NCBI GenBank assembly: GCA_009930115.1
Contig: RZYY01000002.1
Span: 1-54,441 of the forward strand
Direction of reading: 5' to 3'
Source of the DNA: Sphingobacteriia bacterium
GTDB lineage: Bacteria; Bacteroidota; Bacteroidia; Bacteroidales; 4484-276
DNA: 54,441 nucleotides
Positions 44,158 to 53,597 of the stretch are shown here, in pieces. Made by a program: the position numbers and the translations under genes. The first letter of the stretch is position 1, and the number at the start of each line of letters is the position of its first letter. The notes under the pieces were generated by a model. It was not told the origin of the DNA and searched no databases. It saw only the letters and a list, made by a program, of their open reading frames with translations.

Positions 44158-45804
44158 TTAAAAAGTATAAAAAATCCCTGCACGTACACCTATACCAAAT
44201 GGATTCTTAAGTTTTTCCTCAAGCGGTGTGGTATCATAAACAGTTCTTAAGTACTGCCGGTAATATGGTTCGGCAACAAGTCCCATGTTTTCGGTTAACT
44301 GATAGCGAAGTCCGAGACTTACCAGCAACTGGATGTTAGTTGTCATCCTCGGACTGGAGTAGTTTTCAATGGAATTGACAGATGCTCCCTGTTGGTAAAA
44401 AATCAGTGCAGGTTCTTCTTTTGTCAACATAATCGAAAAGCTGGGTCCTGCTTTGACATAGGCTGAAAAATTACCGGATTCCATTGCTTTGTATCCGAAC
44501 ATGATGGGTATCTGCAAATAAGTGTATTGGTTGCAGGTTTGCTGATGAGAGTTATGCTGTATGGAATCCCATACTCCAATTTCAGTAGTTTCGTAAATGA
44601 TATTTCCCGGATTCTCAGGATCAATGGTAAATCCGTTGATGTACTGGTAATATCCTATACTATCGTAAGTTTTCAGATTTACCATAAAATCACCAAGATC
44701 GTAAACGCAGCTGAATTCAATACCACCTTCAATAAGGTATTTAGGGTTGTTGTATCCGATGGCTATTCCACCAGAAAAACTTTTTTCAGTACTTGCTGAA
44801 GCGCGCCGCGCGTATTCTGTAATCTCCGGAGAACCGTAAGTAGTTAAGGTTATATGTGAAAATTTATTTTTCTGATTTTTAATGGTTTGTGTCTGAAACT
44901 CCCTTTTAGGTGGTTTATAGCGCCCACGCAGAAAGTAGTTGATCGAATGGTTTATCGAATGAAGGCTTTGAACCTTTCCGCTTTCCATAGCGTCAGGGAA
45001 CTTCGTTGTACTTCTTACAAGCACTTCTGCACCTAATCCCTGGTTTTCTGATTCTATCAATTTTTGTTCGTCGGAAGTGAAGGGTAAAATGCTCACAGTA
45101 CTTATCCTGGCGAGATTTACAGGCTCATTCATTGCGGTTTCAGTCATGGTTTTATCTTCCTCAACCTTAACCGGGGATACCAGGGAAGCTTTGGCATCCT
45201 GATGTTCTTCAGTCAACGACCCGATATCGGTTGTTTTTTCCTCTGGCTGCTCAAAAGCAGTTACGTCCCGGGTTGAAGAAGCTGAGGCTGGTAGTTCATT
45301 TTTCTGCTGAAAAATACTTACTGATCTTTCAGGTTCAGCGCCGGTTATGGCATCTGTGTTTTCAATCTGCTGGGTTAGGCTTTGGCTGTGCTGAACATCA
45401 AGCTGAGCTAACTGTGCATCATCATTGATTTCAGGTGAATTTTCTGATTCTTTTGAATCATTTTGACCGGTTTGTCCGGCGATAGTATTATCATTCCCAT
45501 AAGATTGCTGGTCAGATTTGGAAGGGCTTTTATGATCTTTGATATTTTCCGGAATTTGGTTTGTCTGAGGTAATTGATCGTTTTCGGATGTGTTGAAAAT
45601 ATAGATTGACAATGCTATCAATACAATTGCTGTAGCGGGAATGGTTATCCATGTGGATGGGATGTTGCTGAAATTGAAATGAATGATTTCCTTGCGCAAC
45701 AGGTTCCATGAGATTCTTCGCCACAAGTTGCGGGAAGGTTGTTCGGTGAACTTGTCCAGTCCCGCTTTAAAAAGTTCGTCTAAAGAATTTTTCTCCGTTT
45801 TCAT
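44158..45804 (-). CDS. Membrane-anchored protein with a low-complexity linker and a C-terminal OMP-type beta-barrel, at the position of an anti-sigma factor
   Basis: Its ATG overlaps the stop of the ECF sigma gene by 1 nt (TAATG). A single hydrophobic helix WITIPATAIVLIALSIYIF lies at about aa 52-70. A Q/S/E/T-rich linker of ~250 aa follows. The C-terminal ~230 aa have an alternating pattern and end ..GIGVRAGIFYTF with a terminal aromatic residue. Confidence 0.55.
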   Translation of the reverse strand: MKTEKNSLDELFKAGLDKFTEQPSRNLWRRISWNLLRKEIIHFNFSNIPSTWITIPATAIVLIALSIYIFNTSENDQLPQTNQIPENIKDHKSPSKSDQQSYGNDNTIAGQTGQNDSKESENSPEINDDAQLAQLDVQHSQSLTQQIENTDAITGAEPERSVSIFQQKNELPASASSTRDVTAFEQPEEKTTDIGSLTEEHQDAKASLVSPVKVEEDKTMTETAMNEPVNLARISTVSILPFTSDEQKLIESENQGLGAEVLVRSTTKFPDAMESGKVQSLHSINHSINYFLRGRYKPPKREFQTQTIKNQKNKFSHITLTTYGSPEITEYARRASASTEKSFSGGIAIGYNNPKYLIEGGIEFSCVYDLGDFMVNLKTYDSIGYYQYINGFTIDPENPGNIIYETTEIGVWDSIQHNSHQQTCNQYTYLQIPIMFGYKAMESGNFSAYVKAGPSFSIMLTKEEPALIFYQQGASVNSIENYSSPRMTTNIQLLVSLGLRYQLTENMGLVAEPYYRQYLRTVYDTTPLEEKLKNPFGIGVRAGIFYTF

Positions 45805-46376
45805 TAATCTTCACTAAAATCTTTGTTTTCAATAATTTGGTTTATCTGCTTGATTAACACCCTTCGGGCTTTCATCAACTGTGATTTGGAGGTGTTAACC
45901 GAAATGCCCATGAAATCCGCAATTTCCTGATGTGTATATTGTTCAAAAACGTAGAGGTTGAAAACCGTTCGATAGCCTTCAGGTAATTTCTGGATCATCG
46001 CCATAAGCCTGGCCTGAGGTATTTTTACCAGTGGCAGCGCTTCTGTCTGTTCTTCATGTTCAATCTGGGTTTCATCAATCTCTTCAATGTCTGAATGAAA
46101 ATAGTGTTTAAAAAACTGTTTGTTATGTGTAATAGCTGTATTTACTACGATTCTTTTCAGCCATCCCTCAAATGATCCTTCGCCTCTGAATCCTGAAATA
46201 CTCGAATAAATTTTAATAAATCCCTCCTGTAAAATATCCTCCGCTTCAGTTTTGTTGCGGGCATAACGCATACAAATCCCTAACAATACTGGTGCATACC
46301 TTTTAAACAACTTGTTTTGAGCATGTCGTTTACCATGGATGCAGCCTTCTATTATGTTAAGATCGGCTTCCGTCAT
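45804..46376 (-). CDS. ECF (sigma-70 group IV) RNA polymerase sigma factor
   Basis: Region 2 is EAEDILQEGFIKIY and region 4 is YRTVFNLYVFEQYTHQEIADFMGISVNTSKSQLMKARRVL. The ORF is 190 aa. Confidence 0.9.
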   Translation of the reverse strand: MTEADLNIIEGCIHGKRHAQNKLFKRYAPVLLGICMRYARNKTEAEDILQEGFIKIYSSISGFRGEGSFEGWLKRIVVNTAITHNKQFFKHYFHSDIEEIDETQIEHEEQTEALPLVKIPQARLMAMIQKLPEGYRTVFNLYVFEQYTHQEIADFMGISVNTSKSQLMKARRVLIKQINQIIENKDFSED

Positions 46377-46588
46377 ACACCGCTACTATTTATTGACTGC
46401 GTTTATTAGTGCAGGTTGCCCGCCTGCAAATTTTTAAACTTTTGAATAATTGAAAAAACCAGATTTGTAAATGGGCAGCAAACTTAAGCAAATTGCATAA
46501 ACCTGAAAAATTACAATGCATCATATTTGGTTGTTTGGCATTTTTTTGTAATTTTCGACCCAAATAGAACCATTAAACACTTTACTTT

Positions 46589-48814
46589 ATGAAAACCTTA
46601 TTCCTTTTTATCATTGCCTTTGCAGCTTCATTTACTGCAAAAGGTCAGGTTTACATTGAACTTACCAATAACATGGAAATTCCATCCAATTCAAACATCA
46701 AGCTTGCGGCAGGCGAGTATGCGTTTACAGATAGCGAATGGGACGGTGTAATAAAGATTGTGAATAAAGAAAACATCATTCTCGATGGAGACAGTGTGAT
46801 TGTGCATGGAGGCAATTTCCTGGGCTACATGATTGATGTGCAAAATTCTGCCAATATCGACATTCGGAATTTTGAATTTGTCAATGACTATAAGTATGCG
46901 GTACGTTGTCTCAACAGCCAGTCCATTTTAATTGAAAACAATAATTTCTCCTACAACCGAAAAGACACCCTGGGGTGGATTCAAATCTGGACACCATACA
47001 CGGCAGCGCTGGGCGGAGGAGTGCTGTTTTACAATTCGGATCAAATAGAGGTGAGCAATAACCTGATGACCCAGCAAAATGATGGTGTGGCACTTTATGA
47101 ATGTAGTTACGCCAACATTCATGACAACATTATGAATTGGAACTGCGGGTTTGGGGTTAGGCTGAATTTTTCTGATTATTGTTGGGTTCATCACAATGAT
47201 CTCTCCCACATCAATCGGGAAACTGACCCGAGTGATTGTGCTGCCATTCTCCTCATTGTTTCAAACGAAAACTTTGTTGAATACAATAACCTGAGTTATT
47301 CGGGTGATGGTGTTTTTCTTGGTCAGTATGAATATTCACAAATACCCAATAACAATGAGTTTTATCACAACGAATGCTCCTATTCTCCACATAACGCTAT
47401 CGAAGCCACCTTCGCCGATGGAAATATTTACAAGCACAATAAGTGTAACTATAGTCACTATGGTTTCTGGCTGGGTTATTCATTCAATTCATTGGTTGAC
47501 AGCAATGAGATAATCGGGAATCAACATTCAGGAATTGCTGTTGACAGGGGGTTCAACAACTTTTTTACCGACAATGTCATTAGTGAAAACCCTGCAGGGC
47601 TTGAGCTTTGGGAAGGGGATGGCATTTCGCCTTACCAGAACCAGTTTTCCCAAGACTATTTTGTTTCAGGGAATTTTTTTGAAGGCAACGAAAAAGCTAT
47701 TTCAGCAAAAATGACAGAACACCTTGTGGTCAATCAGAATCATTTTCTTAATAACCGGACAGATATTTATATTGAAGGTGATTCCTTTGATGATTCCATT
47801 TCAGCCAATGTTTTTGAAGGAACAGCGGTTTATTACATCGAAAACCAGTCTGCGGATTCTGTTTTTGCTGTCGGGAATCAATTCATCTGGGATAATCCAG
47901 ATTTGACTGCGTGTAAAATTTATGATAAAGAAGACAATAACCTCATGGGATTGGTAAACTGGAATCCTTATATACCGGGTAATTCACTTGTTTATCAGAC
48001 TATTCCTCCTGAAGATATGGCAGAGCCGGATGCAATCTGGTATGCCTATCCTGAAGCCTGCTGGGGTTATGGTAACTGGCAGCCGACTTATGTGGAGATG
48101 GATGAAGAACATAAACTGTTTGGAGAGACTGCCGTTCACCTCAGTACAGGGAACGGTTGGGACCTCGGGCTGATGTACCGACCTGGTGGCGGAACTGTTC
48201 CTTCGTGGAACCTTACTGAACGGGATACGCTTGTACTCTGGGCCAATTCTATCAATACCACGGGATATGGATTTCAATATTGTCATGTTAAAGTCGGCAA
48301 CAATTGCGGAGGCTATTTCAAATACACCGCTTCGGCAGTTACCATTCTTAATCCAACAATGAACATGTGGAAGGAAATTCGTGTCCCGCTTGCCGGTGGA
48401 GCTCCCTGGTCGAGAACCATTGTCGGAGAGGTTTCATTAAGCGACATAAGTTACATCGAATTTCATGCAGATACATGGGAATATGGGTTTGAGCTATGGC
48501 TCGACGGAGTCCGTTTTACCCCATTTGTAACATCAGCCGAAGAGATCAAGAATCAGGGAAAATGTAAGCTGACCTTGTTTCCTAACCCGGTTACCGAAGT
48601 TGCTGCTGTCACATTCACACTGAGCGCTGCGTCAGTAGTATTCATTGAATTGTTGAGTTGCTCGGGTGAACCGGTTGAAACATTGTCAAATGCCAGATTT
48701 ACCGAAGGTTCACATACACTGACTATTGAAGCAGAAGGACTGACGCGCGGTATTTATCTGATTAAAATGAGCTACAACGAAGGTGCGGATACGGAAAAAA
48801 TGGTGGTATTATAA
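46589..48814 (+). CDS. Right-handed parallel beta-helix repeat protein with a CBM-like domain and T9SS CTD
   Basis: A signal peptide is present. N/H-rich ~22-aa turns recur (NNNFSYN.., VSNNLMT.., IHDNIMNWN.., HHNDLSH.., EYNNLSY.., YHNECSY.., YKHNKCNY.., VDSNEIIGN.., TDNVISEN..). The C-terminus reads LTLFPNPVTEVAAVTF..GIYLIKM. Confidence 0.75.
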   Translation: MKTLFLFIIAFAASFTAKGQVYIELTNNMEIPSNSNIKLAAGEYAFTDSEWDGVIKIVNKENIILDGDSVIVHGGNFLGYMIDVQNSANIDIRNFEFVNDYKYAVRCLNSQSILIENNNFSYNRKDTLGWIQIWTPYTAALGGGVLFYNSDQIEVSNNLMTQQNDGVALYECSYANIHDNIMNWNCGFGVRLNFSDYCWVHHNDLSHINRETDPSDCAAILLIVSNENFVEYNNLSYSGDGVFLGQYEYSQIPNNNEFYHNECSYSPHNAIEATFADGNIYKHNKCNYSHYGFWLGYSFNSLVDSNEIIGNQHSGIAVDRGFNNFFTDNVISENPAGLELWEGDGISPYQNQFSQDYFVSGNFFEGNEKAISAKMTEHLVVNQNHFLNNRTDIYIEGDSFDDSISANVFEGTAVYYIENQSADSVFAVGNQFIWDNPDLTACKIYDKEDNNLMGLVNWNPYIPGNSLVYQTIPPEDMAEPDAIWYAYPEACWGYGNWQPTYVEMDEEHKLFGETAVHLSTGNGWDLGLMYRPGGGTVPSWNLTERDTLVLWANSINTTGYGFQYCHVKVGNNCGGYFKYTASAVTILNPTMNMWKEIRVPLAGGAPWSRTIVGEVSLSDISYIEFHADTWEYGFELWLDGVRFTPFVTSAEEIKNQGKCKLTLFPNPVTEVAAVTFTLSAASVVFIELLSCSGEPVETLSNARFTEGSHTLTIEAEGLTRGIYLIKMSYNEGADTEKMVVL

Positions 48815-48912
48815 GAACCATTACTATTCTGTAGCATTAAACACAAAATTACATTCGATTCATATTTGATTAATTTTGCGGCTTTCGAATTTCTGACATA
48901 ATCATCAATCAA

Positions 48913-51900
48913 ATGAAAAGTTATCTCCTTTTTTTACTTGTAGTGCTTGGATCACTTATTAGTACATCACTGGTATCCCAGGATAAATCATCCTTTTTTG
49001 ATGCTGATGGCCGGCAATATATTGACGGACTTCCGGTATTTACTGATAAAGACCTTAAGGAATTTAAATCCATTCCTGAACTAAAATTGCCGGAAGAAGC
49101 CTTCCAGCGTGAACTTCCGGTAGTTGTTGATAATTCACAATTACCTTATTTCCGGCCAATTTTTAATCAGTCAAGCCTCGAATGTGGTCAGGCTGCAGGG
49201 GTGGGTTATTTATTTACCTATGAAATTGACCGCCTGAGGGATTTACCTGCCAATGTATCTAATAATCAGTACCCTACACATTTTGTGTTCAATTGGAGCA
49301 ACAATGGCAATGGTAATGCAGCAGCATTTTTTGACAGCTGGAATATTCTTAAGGAAGTTGGGACTCCAACAGTTACAGAATATGGCGGAGCACTAAATAC
49401 TGGCGGTGTATCCCGCTGGATGAGCGGATACGATTTATATTATCAGGCCATGCAAAACCGGATATGGGATTTTTACAAAATACCCCTGAATAACGGAGAT
49501 GACCTTCAGGTGCTTAAGCAATGGATTGATAACCATGGCCAAGGGGAAGAAACTGGCGGTCTTGCTGTATTTTACGCCAATTTCATGAGTGTAAACCAAA
49601 CACTTCCTCCCGGAACACCTGAGGCTGGAAAACATGTTCTAACCATACTGGGTACCTATGCCAACCACGGTCTTACCATTGTTGGCTATCACGATTCGAT
49701 TCGATATGATATCAACAGCGACGGGCAATATACCAACCATCTTGATATCAACAATGATGGGACAGTTGATATTCTCGATTGGGAAATTGGCGGCGTAAAA
49801 CTTGCCAATAGTTATGCGGCTACATCATGGGGAGATCAGGGATTTGCCTACCTGATGTACAGCGCTCTTTGCCGTCCGTTGCATCTTGGAGGTGTGTGGA
49901 ACCGATCGGTGCATGTGGTCAAAGCAAAAGAAGAAACCAATCCAAAACTGACTTTCAAAGCCAAACTCACGCACAATATCCGAAATACGATAAAAGTAAT
50001 GGTAGGTATTGCTGATGGATTTGGAGCTGAGCAGCCTGAGTTTGTTATGGAATATCCCATACTGAATTATCAGGGAGGGGAAATGTATATGCAGGGAGGA
50101 AGTACGCTGGAAGACAAAACCCTGGAATTTGGTCTTGATTTGTCTAACCTGTTGAGCCATATTGAGAGTGGCCAGGATGCAACTTTTTTCTTTATGGTAA
50201 ACGAAAAAGACCCTACAAATGCAGGTAATGGAACGATTGATGAGCTTGTTCTTATGGATTATACTGACGGGCTGGTCGAGATACCCTGTCAGCAATCCAA
50301 TGTGCCATTGATTCAAAATGGAACAACCATACTGAAAATAGACGCTAACATTACTTTTGATGCACCTGATGTTTTAATAGAAGCTCTTGATCCGGCCACA
50401 ATTAACGAACCATACCAGTTTCAGATGATTGGGACAGGAGGCACTGAACCCTATCAGTGGAAAATCGGTCAGGATTATCTTATGCAAGCCAGTACGGATA
50501 TATTTCCGGATTTCCCTGCAGAGCAAATTTATCCGACTAATCAAACTTCAGGATTTGCAACAAAATCCATAGATTTTGATTTTCCATTTTACGGGAAAAT
50601 TTTCAATGAAATTTTTGTACACACCGACGGTTACCTTATGTTCACCGATGAACCATACCCATGGACTTTCCTGGTAGATGAGCTGGTGCTTTTTAAAAAT
50701 CTCAGAAACATTTCGCCTTACATGTGTAAACCACTTGGGGTAGGTGGTACAGGAGGAATGTGGTACGATGGTGATGAGAATAAAGCTACGTTCCGATGGA
50801 AAGCAACTGAATATGGCACCAGCAATGTACTGAATTTTGCTGTTACACTTTACCCATCAGGTGTGATTGAATTTTATTACGGCGATTGCAATGCTTCCGC
50901 ATGGAATAAATGGCACGGAGGAATTTCCGAAGGGAATGATTTTAACTACCGACTCCTCGAATTATCCAATACTTATAACCTGCAACCCAATACAAAAATC
51001 ACTTTTGAACCAGTTTTTGATCTTTCTGAAATGAAAATTACCGAAGACGGGCTTTTTTACGGAACCCCAACCCATCCTTATGAAGCCGTCGAAATTGCTT
51101 TTTCGTTGAAAGATGCCAACGGTTTGAAAGGATCGAAAGTACTTCAGTTTTTTACTGACGGTATCAACAAAATTATCATCAAGGAAGTTGAGGCAACTGC
51201 CGGCAATGACCAGATCATCGAATATGGCGAAACAGTAATACTTACTGTCGAATTGCAAAATATCAGCGATGAAGTGATAAATACAACCGGAATGTTAATT
51301 TCCGGACAAAGTGAATTTATCACCCTGCTTGATGATACTGAGCCGTTGACAACTTTCCAGCCCGGCGAAACCAAAATATTGGAGGATGCTTTTTCATTTG
51401 ATGTTTCATCTCAGGTACCAAACAATTACAATATTATTTTCGCAACTGAAATCTCTGCACCTGATGAGTCGTTTAACAGCCACATTTATCTTAAGGCTTA
51501 TACGCCTGTGCTTGCTGTCGGGAATGTAATACTGGATGACGGAAACAATGGTTATCCCGAACCGGGTGAAACAGTTCAGGTTTCGATAACAATTCTAAAC
51601 TCCGGCGGTGGTAAAGCTTTCAATTTATCGGGGTCTATTTCAACAGATGATCCTCTGATTACTATTGAACAGGGTACTTGGTCAACTGATTTGTTGCAGG
51701 GAAACAGCAGTGTAATGGCACAGTTCGAAATTTCCATTGACCCCGAAGCTCCTGTCGGTCATATTGGTCAGATCAATGTGAGTGCAACTGCTGATAACGG
51801 TTACAGTGCTGACGGTGCTTTTATGATTTCAGTCGGTTTTGTTGTTGAAGATTTTGAAACAGGTGATTTCACCAGTTATGATTGGGAATTCGGAGGAAAT

Positions 51901-53283
51901 ATGCCCTGGCTGATCAACGATCAGGATCCTTACGAAGGGCAATATTGTATGCAGTCAGGTGATATCGGTGATAATCAGTCAAGTTCGGTGAGTGTAACAA
52001 TGAATGTACTGACTGATGGGGATATTAGTTTTTATTACAAAGTGTCAAGTGAAACCAATTATGATTATCTGACTTTTTCAATTGATGGCAACCCGATGGG
52101 CTCATGGGCGGGATCAATAGACTGGTCTGAAGCCACATATCCTGTTTCAGCTGGCGAAAGAATCTTTACATGGGTTTACAATAAAGATGTTTCACTATCC
52201 AACGGAAGTGATTGCGGCTGGATAGATTACATTGTTTTCCCGCCAAGTGCTCCTGAAGGATTGATGGTTTTTGCCGGTCCGGACCTTAGTATCTGCGAAA
52301 ATGAAACACCGGAAATGCAGGCTGTGATCGTAAATGCTGAAACAATAACATGGACTACTTCCGGAGATGGTTTTTTCGATAATCCTTCTGCTGCTAATCC
52401 GGTTTACACTCCCGGCCAGGAAGACATTTCCTCAGGTCTGGCAGTGCTTACGCTGGTTGCTTACGATGATCTGGGAAATTCAATTTCCGATGACCTTAAT
52501 CTGAATATATCCAGACTGCCTCAGGTGTTTGCCGGAGACGACGCAACAGTTTGTGTATCTCCTGAATTTTCGTTGAACGGAACTGCGCAATACACCAATA
52601 ATTACAGTTGGTCAACCTCCGGTGATGGAACTTTTGCAAATGCAGGTCAGCTGGTTACCACTTATTTTCCGGGAGAAAATGATCTTGCCTCGGGGATGGT
52701 CATCCTCACATTGACCGGTGTTTCTGTTGCGCCCTGCACCGGCGAAATCGAAGATGATCTGGAAATATCTTTCCTTCCTTTGCCCGAAGTGACATTTGAC
52801 ACATTACCCGATTTTTGCCATAATTCCCCCGGATATGAATTAACTGAAGGATCTCCGGTTGGTGGAATTTATTCTGGACCAGGGGTTTCGAATGGATGGT
52901 TTTATCCTGAAGTTGCCGGAGTGGGAATTCATGAACTTACTTACACTTATACCGATGGGAACGGCTGTGAGAATTTTGCGATTCAGGAAGTATTTGTGGA
53001 TGACTGCACCGGGATTTCTACTCATGAAAATTCCGGCATTTCAATTTTTCCAAATCCGGGTTCCGGCATGTTTACCGTTCAGTTTGAACAGAACATTTCG
53101 GGAATTTACCGCATTGAAGTATTCAACTCATACGGTCAGCGGGCTTACAGCAATGTAGCTGTGTTTGCTGTCAGTTCGTCAACCCAAACCCTTGATTTAA
53201 CATCTCAGCCCGATGGTGTTTACTATTTGAAAATTACCGGCGGAGGTGCATCTGTTGCAGCTAAGCTGGTGGTGAAAAGGTAG
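48913..53283 (+). CDS. Papain-like (clan CA, C1-like) cysteine peptidase fused to Ig-like, NIDO-like, CARDB-like and MAM/jelly-roll-like domains plus a T9SS CTD
   Basis: NQSSLECGQAAG supplies the Gln and Cys, ANHGLTIVGYHD the His, and LANSYAATSWGDQGFAYLMY the Asn-Ser-Trp-Gly block. FDFPFYGKIFNEIFVHTDGYLMF is NIDO-like. Two CARDB-like modules are homologous to those in both C25 genes. The CTD reads ISIFPNPGSGMFTVQF..GVYYLKI. Confidence 0.75.
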   Translation: MKSYLLFLLVVLGSLISTSLVSQDKSSFFDADGRQYIDGLPVFTDKDLKEFKSIPELKLPEEAFQRELPVVVDNSQLPYFRPIFNQSSLECGQAAGVGYLFTYEIDRLRDLPANVSNNQYPTHFVFNWSNNGNGNAAAFFDSWNILKEVGTPTVTEYGGALNTGGVSRWMSGYDLYYQAMQNRIWDFYKIPLNNGDDLQVLKQWIDNHGQGEETGGLAVFYANFMSVNQTLPPGTPEAGKHVLTILGTYANHGLTIVGYHDSIRYDINSDGQYTNHLDINNDGTVDILDWEIGGVKLANSYAATSWGDQGFAYLMYSALCRPLHLGGVWNRSVHVVKAKEETNPKLTFKAKLTHNIRNTIKVMVGIADGFGAEQPEFVMEYPILNYQGGEMYMQGGSTLEDKTLEFGLDLSNLLSHIESGQDATFFFMVNEKDPTNAGNGTIDELVLMDYTDGLVEIPCQQSNVPLIQNGTTILKIDANITFDAPDVLIEALDPATINEPYQFQMIGTGGTEPYQWKIGQDYLMQASTDIFPDFPAEQIYPTNQTSGFATKSIDFDFPFYGKIFNEIFVHTDGYLMFTDEPYPWTFLVDELVLFKNLRNISPYMCKPLGVGGTGGMWYDGDENKATFRWKATEYGTSNVLNFAVTLYPSGVIEFYYGDCNASAWNKWHGGISEGNDFNYRLLELSNTYNLQPNTKITFEPVFDLSEMKITEDGLFYGTPTHPYEAVEIAFSLKDANGLKGSKVLQFFTDGINKIIIKEVEATAGNDQIIEYGETVILTVELQNISDEVINTTGMLISGQSEFITLLDDTEPLTTFQPGETKILEDAFSFDVSSQVPNNYNIIFATEISAPDESFNSHIYLKAYTPVLAVGNVILDDGNNGYPEPGETVQVSITILNSGGGKAFNLSGSISTDDPLITIEQGTWSTDLLQGNSSVMAQFEISIDPEAPVGHIGQINVSATADNGYSADGAFMISVGFVVEDFETGDFTSYDWEFGGNMPWLINDQDPYEGQYCMQSGDIGDNQSSSVSVTMNVLTDGDISFYYKVSSETNYDYLTFSIDGNPMGSWAGSIDWSEATYPVSAGERIFTWVYNKDVSLSNGSDCGWIDYIVFPPSAPEGLMVFAGPDLSICENETPEMQAVIVNAETITWTTSGDGFFDNPSAANPVYTPGQEDISSGLAVLTLVAYDDLGNSISDDLNLNISRLPQVFAGDDATVCVSPEFSLNGTAQYTNNYSWSTSGDGTFANAGQLVTTYFPGENDLASGMVILTLTGVSVAPCTGEIEDDLEISFLPLPEVTFDTLPDFCHNSPGYELTEGSPVGGIYSGPGVSNGWFYPEVAGVGIHELTYTYTDGNGCENFAIQEVFVDDCTGISTHENSGISIFPNPGSGMFTVQFEQNISGIYRIEVFNSYGQRAYSNVAVFAVSSSTQTLDLTSQPDGVYYLKITGGGASVAAKLVVKR

Positions 53284-53335
53284 GTGGGGATTTGATATTA
53301 TTGATTGATGGCAATTGTACGTTATAATTGATCTC

Positions 53336-53587
53336 ATGGTTTTTTCCATCGAGAAAGAAATTGAGTTGACAAACAAGGAATCAGTAGAGAGAAATTATGG
53401 ATTGACTTTTGATTTTGTCAATCAGTTAATTGAAAAACCCGAAGCAATAGATAACTTTCCAGTTGAATTCAATCTGGAATTTATTGAAAAGGATTTGCCA
53501 AATGTTGAACAGTACCAGTCGTCTGAAAAGAGCTCCAAACTAAGGAAGAGACTGGTGAAAGTCAGGAATACATTTGATCTGTTTTGA
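53336..53587 (+). CDS. Small hypothetical protein (83 aa from the ATG)
   Basis: The ORF is acidic with no TM segment. NYGLTFDFVNQLIEKPEAIDNFPVEFNLEFIEKD loosely recalls small DUF-type proteins. There is no supporting context. Confidence 0.3.
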   Translation: MVFSIEKEIELTNKESVERNYGLTFDFVNQLIEKPEAIDNFPVEFNLEFIEKDLPNVEQYQSSEKSSKLRKRLVKVRNTFDLF

Positions 53588-53597
53588 GAAACATCAG

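Noticed and set aside
46521-48868. Shared TCATATTTG motif upstream of the beta-helix gene (46521-46529) and the papain-like gene (48860-48868), considered as a common ECF promoter element
   Set aside because: The motif is essentially a one-mismatch version of the generic TAnnTTTG -7 box. It is therefore more likely two ordinary housekeeping-type promoters than a specific regulon signature.
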